A stretch of 64,000 nucleotides of DNA from Paraspadella gotoi. Taxonomy: Eukaryota > Animalia > Chaetognatha. Positions 59,048 to 64,000 of this stretch are shown here, piece by piece (the first letter of the stretch is position 1; every line of letters starts with the position of its first letter). The stretch spans positions 15,216,682-15,280,681 of the forward strand of contig CM119264.1 of NCBI GenBank assembly GCA_051294375.1, written 5' to 3'. The position numbers and the translations under genes are program-made. The notes beneath the pieces are model-generated. The model was given only the letters and a program-made list of their open reading frames with translations. It had not been told where the DNA came from and made no database searches.

Positions 59048-61799
59048 ATATGAGTTGTGAACTTGATACAAGTTTTTAGTTAAAGAAAGAGAGAGAGAGG
59101 GTTAAAGGTTTCCAACAAAGAATTGAGTAAGTGGCTATATATTATGTAAGCTAAATATGGCTTTTATAAAATTTTAATAATTTGAGTTGCTTTTACTCTT
59201 TTATGTTTGTTCCACTTGAATAGTACCTTATATGCTGCAAAAATCGCCATTTTCGACAAAGAAGATGAAACTGTACAGAAAAATGGTTATCAACATCGAA
59301 TTCTACAGACTTCATTACACTAAAATAGCTATGTACCTTTTTTTTTTACCTATTTTTAAGCGCAAGGGAGCCGGCCAAACGCCTACGATCCCAATCCGCA
59401 AGATGGAGTCATTCCGGTGCCGGTACCTTACGGACGTCAAGCTCCCTTTAAACCCCAACAGGGTGGGAGCCATTTGAAACGTTTTCGAAAACCAATCGCT
59501 CAATCCATTGAATTTTGAACGTTGATTTTTTAAACATGGTCAATTTATCATTATTTTGATTTGTTGTTCTTATCATAACTATTAAACTTTTTTTTTGCAC
59601 ACATGTGCATTCGAGTTTATTTAATATATATGGTAGAAAATTCAAGCAAATTTTGATGAGGTTTTCAGGGGAGTTATATTTTTCGCACTATGAAAATGGC
59701 AGATTACCGCTTAATTACCGTAGGCAGATCCAACATTGTTTGCTCAAACTTGTTCAATAATCTTTAATATTAAAACTAAACAAATATTAAAGATTTGACT
59801 TACTTGTAAATCTTCTGGTAGAATCCTCTAGCTTGATTATAGCTTGTCTTTACTTGTTTTTAAACTTGATTTTTTAACACTCAATTTTTGTTTGTTTCGA
59901 TTTTATGATCTAACTAAATTTTATATTTATATTGATTAAATATTTACACTTGTTTTTTCTCTCATCTTAATCCTTTTTATCGAGCCATGACCGGCGAAGC
60001 CGGTTCAGGCTTGATTTTGTTTCGGGTCAGCTTCTTTTGTGACGTCGTCGTCGTCCGTCACGCTTTTTGTATAAAAACTACTACGCTTTTATAGGTTTGG
60101 CTGTGACTTACCGGTTTTTTTTAAATAAAAATTATTATGAATTATGATAAAGTTTTACAAAAGTGTGCGATCATAGTAAGTTAAAAATTTAGATATGGCT
60201 TTTCATCTTGAAATAGCTGTGATATTTTTATATTACATTTGGATTTAAGTATTTTTTGTTTGAATTTCCACTTCATTATGATTTACTGCAATATGCAAAT
60301 GAGATTAAAGTACTCATTATAATATCCAAATTAGTATATAGAAATGCTTTAATCTAATTTACATATTGCAGTATATAATATTGAAGATGAAATTCAAAAA
60401 TTTTTATAAAAAAATATAATAAAAATGGGAACTCAAAATATCTTTTTAATGAAAAGCTATATCTTAATTTTAATACAAATAAAAATAAAATCTTTTACAA
60501 GCTGCGATTGGAAAAAATTGGAAAAATTTCTAATTGTAAACAATTGTAACATATTTTTGCCTTTCTTTTATTTCTTTAAATTATATATATATTTTTTTTT
60601 TTTAGAAAAAACGAGTTCAGTCTCTGCAGTGACTGTACAGCGGCCTTCCAGCAGCTGTCCAGCTTTTTTCTCTCTGTCTGTCTCTCTCTCTCTGTGTGTA
60701 CGATTTCTTGCGTGATCGTTCGTTTTTTGAAAAATTCTGATTATTTTTTCCTTCTAAAAACTTTTATTATCACCATTATCCCAAATTTACATCCAAGATT
60801 TTTGTGGATTTATTTTAGAAAAAGTGAAGAATAACTCATATGTCAGAAATTTTACGCTTCTCTCCATCTCTCTCCGTCTCTAACATGATTGTTATTAAAG
60901 AAAAAATATATAATAAGCAAATAGCATATTTAATACAGATTTACATTGCCAGAAGAAATCTTTTCATACTCTGTCCAATGTTGTTGATCGAAAAACCTTT
61001 CACAATTTGAATATGCCGGATTGTATGCTATATGCCGATCATTTTTTTACTGCCTATTTTTGCCGGTTTATGGTTTAACTACCAAACAATGTATCTAGTT
61101 ATCAAGTTCCATTAGTGAGGCAGTGATGAAGTTGAAATGTATGTCCATTTTCTTTGTTTCATATCGATTCAAGTATTTTTTGTTTGAATTTCCACTTCAT
61201 TATAATTTACTGCAATATGCTAATTAGATTATAGTACTTACTGCAATATCAAATTAGTATATAGTAAACTATATTTAATTTGCATAATGCAGTAAATCAT
61301 AATAAAGTAGAAATTCAAACAAAAAATACTTGAATCAATATGAAACATGTGATTTTAAAAGTACTTGATGATGATGATGATGATGATTATTACAAATAAA
61401 AATATACACTTTTACAATGTTCAATTGAAAAAATTTTAACAATTTTCAATTGTAAACAATTGTAACTTTTTTTGTCTTTCTTTTATTTTTGGAAAAAGTT
61501 TTAATTAGCAAACTTATAAGGCAATGAAATTTAATTCTATACAAAACCTCGTGCGATTCACGACAAACACTCTGGCGTCCACGATGAAATCATTTGAAAA
61601 GGAAAATTTTTTCTTAAAAACGAGAGAAAATGATAATTTTAGAGTCTTCATCAGCATCTATTATTTCTTTAAATTATATCTCTTTCTTTTTTTTGTTTGA
61701 ATTTCTTTCTAATTATTTTTTTAGTCACTTTTTTTTTCACCACCGTCACTTGGCGACGAGTAAACGAGTTCCGCCTATGCAGCGTCTGTTCAGCTTCTT

Positions 61800-61830
<31 letters not shown>

Positions 61831-62959
61831 TTCTCTCTTTACGATCTCTTGCGTGATCGTTCGTTTTTTGAAAAATTCTGATTATTTTTTCCTTTAAAAA
61901 CTTTTATTATCGCCATTTATTCCGCGCTTTTTTTTTTCAATACAAAATCCCAAATTTATATCTGAGATTTTCGTGGATTTTTTTGAGAAAATGTGAAGAA
62001 TAACTTACTTGACCTGGATTTCGTGGCCGTTGCAGGGCAACGAGTAGACAATGTCAAGGAACATGACCTAAAAACGCGTTTTGATGGCAATGGAAACGTT
62101 ACGTGTATAATAGGATTAACTTGACCGAGATCACGCCGCCGTTGCGAGGCAACGGATAACTGATATAATTGGAAAGAAATACGGTTTTTCTTTTTATTTT
62201 TCTCTCTCTCTCTCTCTGATTATTTTTTTCCTTCTAAAAACTTTTATTATCACCATTTATTCCGCGCTTTTTTCTCTTTACCTGGATTTCGTGGCCGTTG
62301 CGAGGCAACGAGTAAACAATGTCAAGGAACATGACCTAATAACGCGATATTATTATTATTATTTGGAAGTCAAAAATATCATAGTCGTTAACTGAATATT
62401 TTCAACTATATATTTTGTTAATAGGGATTATAATTTTTCAATGTACAAAAAATTTCTTATATGGCTTCTTTTTCTCTCTCTCTCTCTCCCCCTCTCTTTT
62501 TTTTCCTTTTAAATACTTTTATTATCGCCATTTATTCCGCGCTTTTTTCTCAATACAAAATCCCAAATTTACATCCGAGATTTTCGTGGATTTTTTTCCT
62601 AAAAATTCTGATTATTCTTTATATAAACGAGAGAGACCTAATAATGCGTTTTGTTGGCGGGAAAACTGTCCAGCCTCTTTCTCTCTCTTTCACTCATACA
62701 CGCATTTGTTTGTTTTATTTATGATGAATGATTCATCGCGTCAATGAATTACTATCATCACATCAATGAATGATTATCATCATATCAATGAATGATTATC
62801 ATCATATCAATGAATGACTATCATCGCATCAATCATTTGATTATCATCACATCAGTCATTTTGTTATCATCGCATCAATTATTGGTTATCATCGCGTCAA
62901 TATTTGGTTATCATCGCATCAATATTTGGTTATCATCGCATCAATATTTGGTTACCATC

Positions 62960-63700
62960 GAAAGCGGCTCGATCCTTATGCTTTTAAGATTTTTTTGCAA
63001 GGAACGGTAAATTTTAACAAGTTTTATGGCTTTTTCTGGCCCAAATCTATTTCTTATTTTGGACCAAACAAACCCAAATGTAGAAAACCATCGTTCTATG
63101 GAGGCTGAGCTGGCACGGCATGTATGAAGAGAAACCATAAAGGTACCGAAGGCATGCAGGCCATTATTTTCATCATGTCAGAAATATTCACTGTTTTTTC
63201 TTTCATGATTTTCCACCAATCTGCTAAGAGTAGGCAGAAACATATGCTGAGCCTGAGGAAAGTATTCTCTTTTCTTTAGCTTATAGCTAAAATAATGTTG
63301 CAAGAAATCTTCATTTCTTTCAACGAGCCATGATTCTGCGCTATTTACCTGCGAAGAATCTAATTCTGAAAATTTTTTTTTATAACGATGATATGTCAGA
63401 TTAGCTAAAAAATGGAAAGGTTCTGTTGCTTTTTCTAATCTTTTTCAAATCGCTATCCGATAGGGGAGAAGAATGTCATCATTGAGAAGGCCCAACCAGA
63501 TGCTTATTGAATCAGAAAGAAGACAAGAATCATTATGAATTCTATCCAAAGCAATACTGAACATTTTCATCTGATCAAGCAAATGGGTCGCTTCACGGGT
63601 GATGCTGATATTTTTAATTATTTTTCCAATATTTGGCGGCATATCTTGCATTATTTAACTTCGGATTTCTAAATATAAAGAATGGTTTTTTATGAAATTG
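62960..63700 (-). pseudogene. hAT transposase C-terminal remnant
   Basis: ..ALDRIHNDSCLLSDSISIW..PFHFLANL..ASSASIERWFSTFGFVWSKIRNRFGPEKAIKLVKIY (hATC dimerisation motif); stops and frameshifts present. Confidence 0.85.
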
Positions 63701-63706
63701 GTACAA

Positions 63707-63830
63707 CTAGAGTTCCGATAACCGTTAATAGTTAACGGTTATTAACGGTTAAAATTGATTTTAACTTAACCGTTAATATATTTATTTTAACGGTTAAATT
63801 CGGTTAATTTTCAAGTATGATTATTGTTAT
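63707..63830. mobile_element. Terminus of another hAT-like element
   Basis: TAGAGTTCCGATAACCG start followed by clustered AACGGTT/AACCGTT subterminal motifs; it truncates the transposase remnant. Confidence 0.5.
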
Positions 63831-64000
63831 TTTTTGTTATGAAAACTTTGATTTTTTTAAGAGAAAAGTTTTTTTCCTGTCCTCTCTTATTCTCCTCTCC
63901 CTTTCTCACTATATTTTTCCCCTTCTCTCTCTTCTATATTTTTCCCTTTTTTTTTTTTGGTTATTTTCAACCCTTTTAATCTTTTTTCTATCCTAATCTC

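Overview
This is AT-rich, repeat-dominated eukaryotic (invertebrate-like) draft sequence with several N-gaps and many homopolymer indels; there are no prokaryotic features and no CRISPR array. The one complete gene I can reconstruct is a 5-exon astacin (M12A) zinc metalloprotease with an EGF-like module on the minus strand (46766->25426; introns 41, 67, ~7265 and ~12771 bp). It appears to lack the usual pro-peptide and has Gln in place of the family Glu after the third zinc His. Exons of a coiled-coil gene lie at 3457-4258 and 9567-9947, the latter pair duplicated inside a ~6.3-6.9 kb tandem duplication. The rest is layered mobile DNA: a BEL/Pao-like LTR element with two solo LTRs (5-bp TSDs), a decayed Gypsy element, a 5'-truncated LINE RT, a hAT transposase remnant, Tc1-like and other TIR/foldback elements, Helentron-associated (DINE-1-like) elements carrying an 18-bp minisatellite, tRNA-derived SINE-like units and a 62-bp satellite. 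The most notable signal is a family of short non-coding elements, each carrying a minimal type-I hammerhead ribozyme (8 copies, stem II covarying between copies). Several are inserted as inverted palindromic dimers, the signature of Penelope-like pLTRs.
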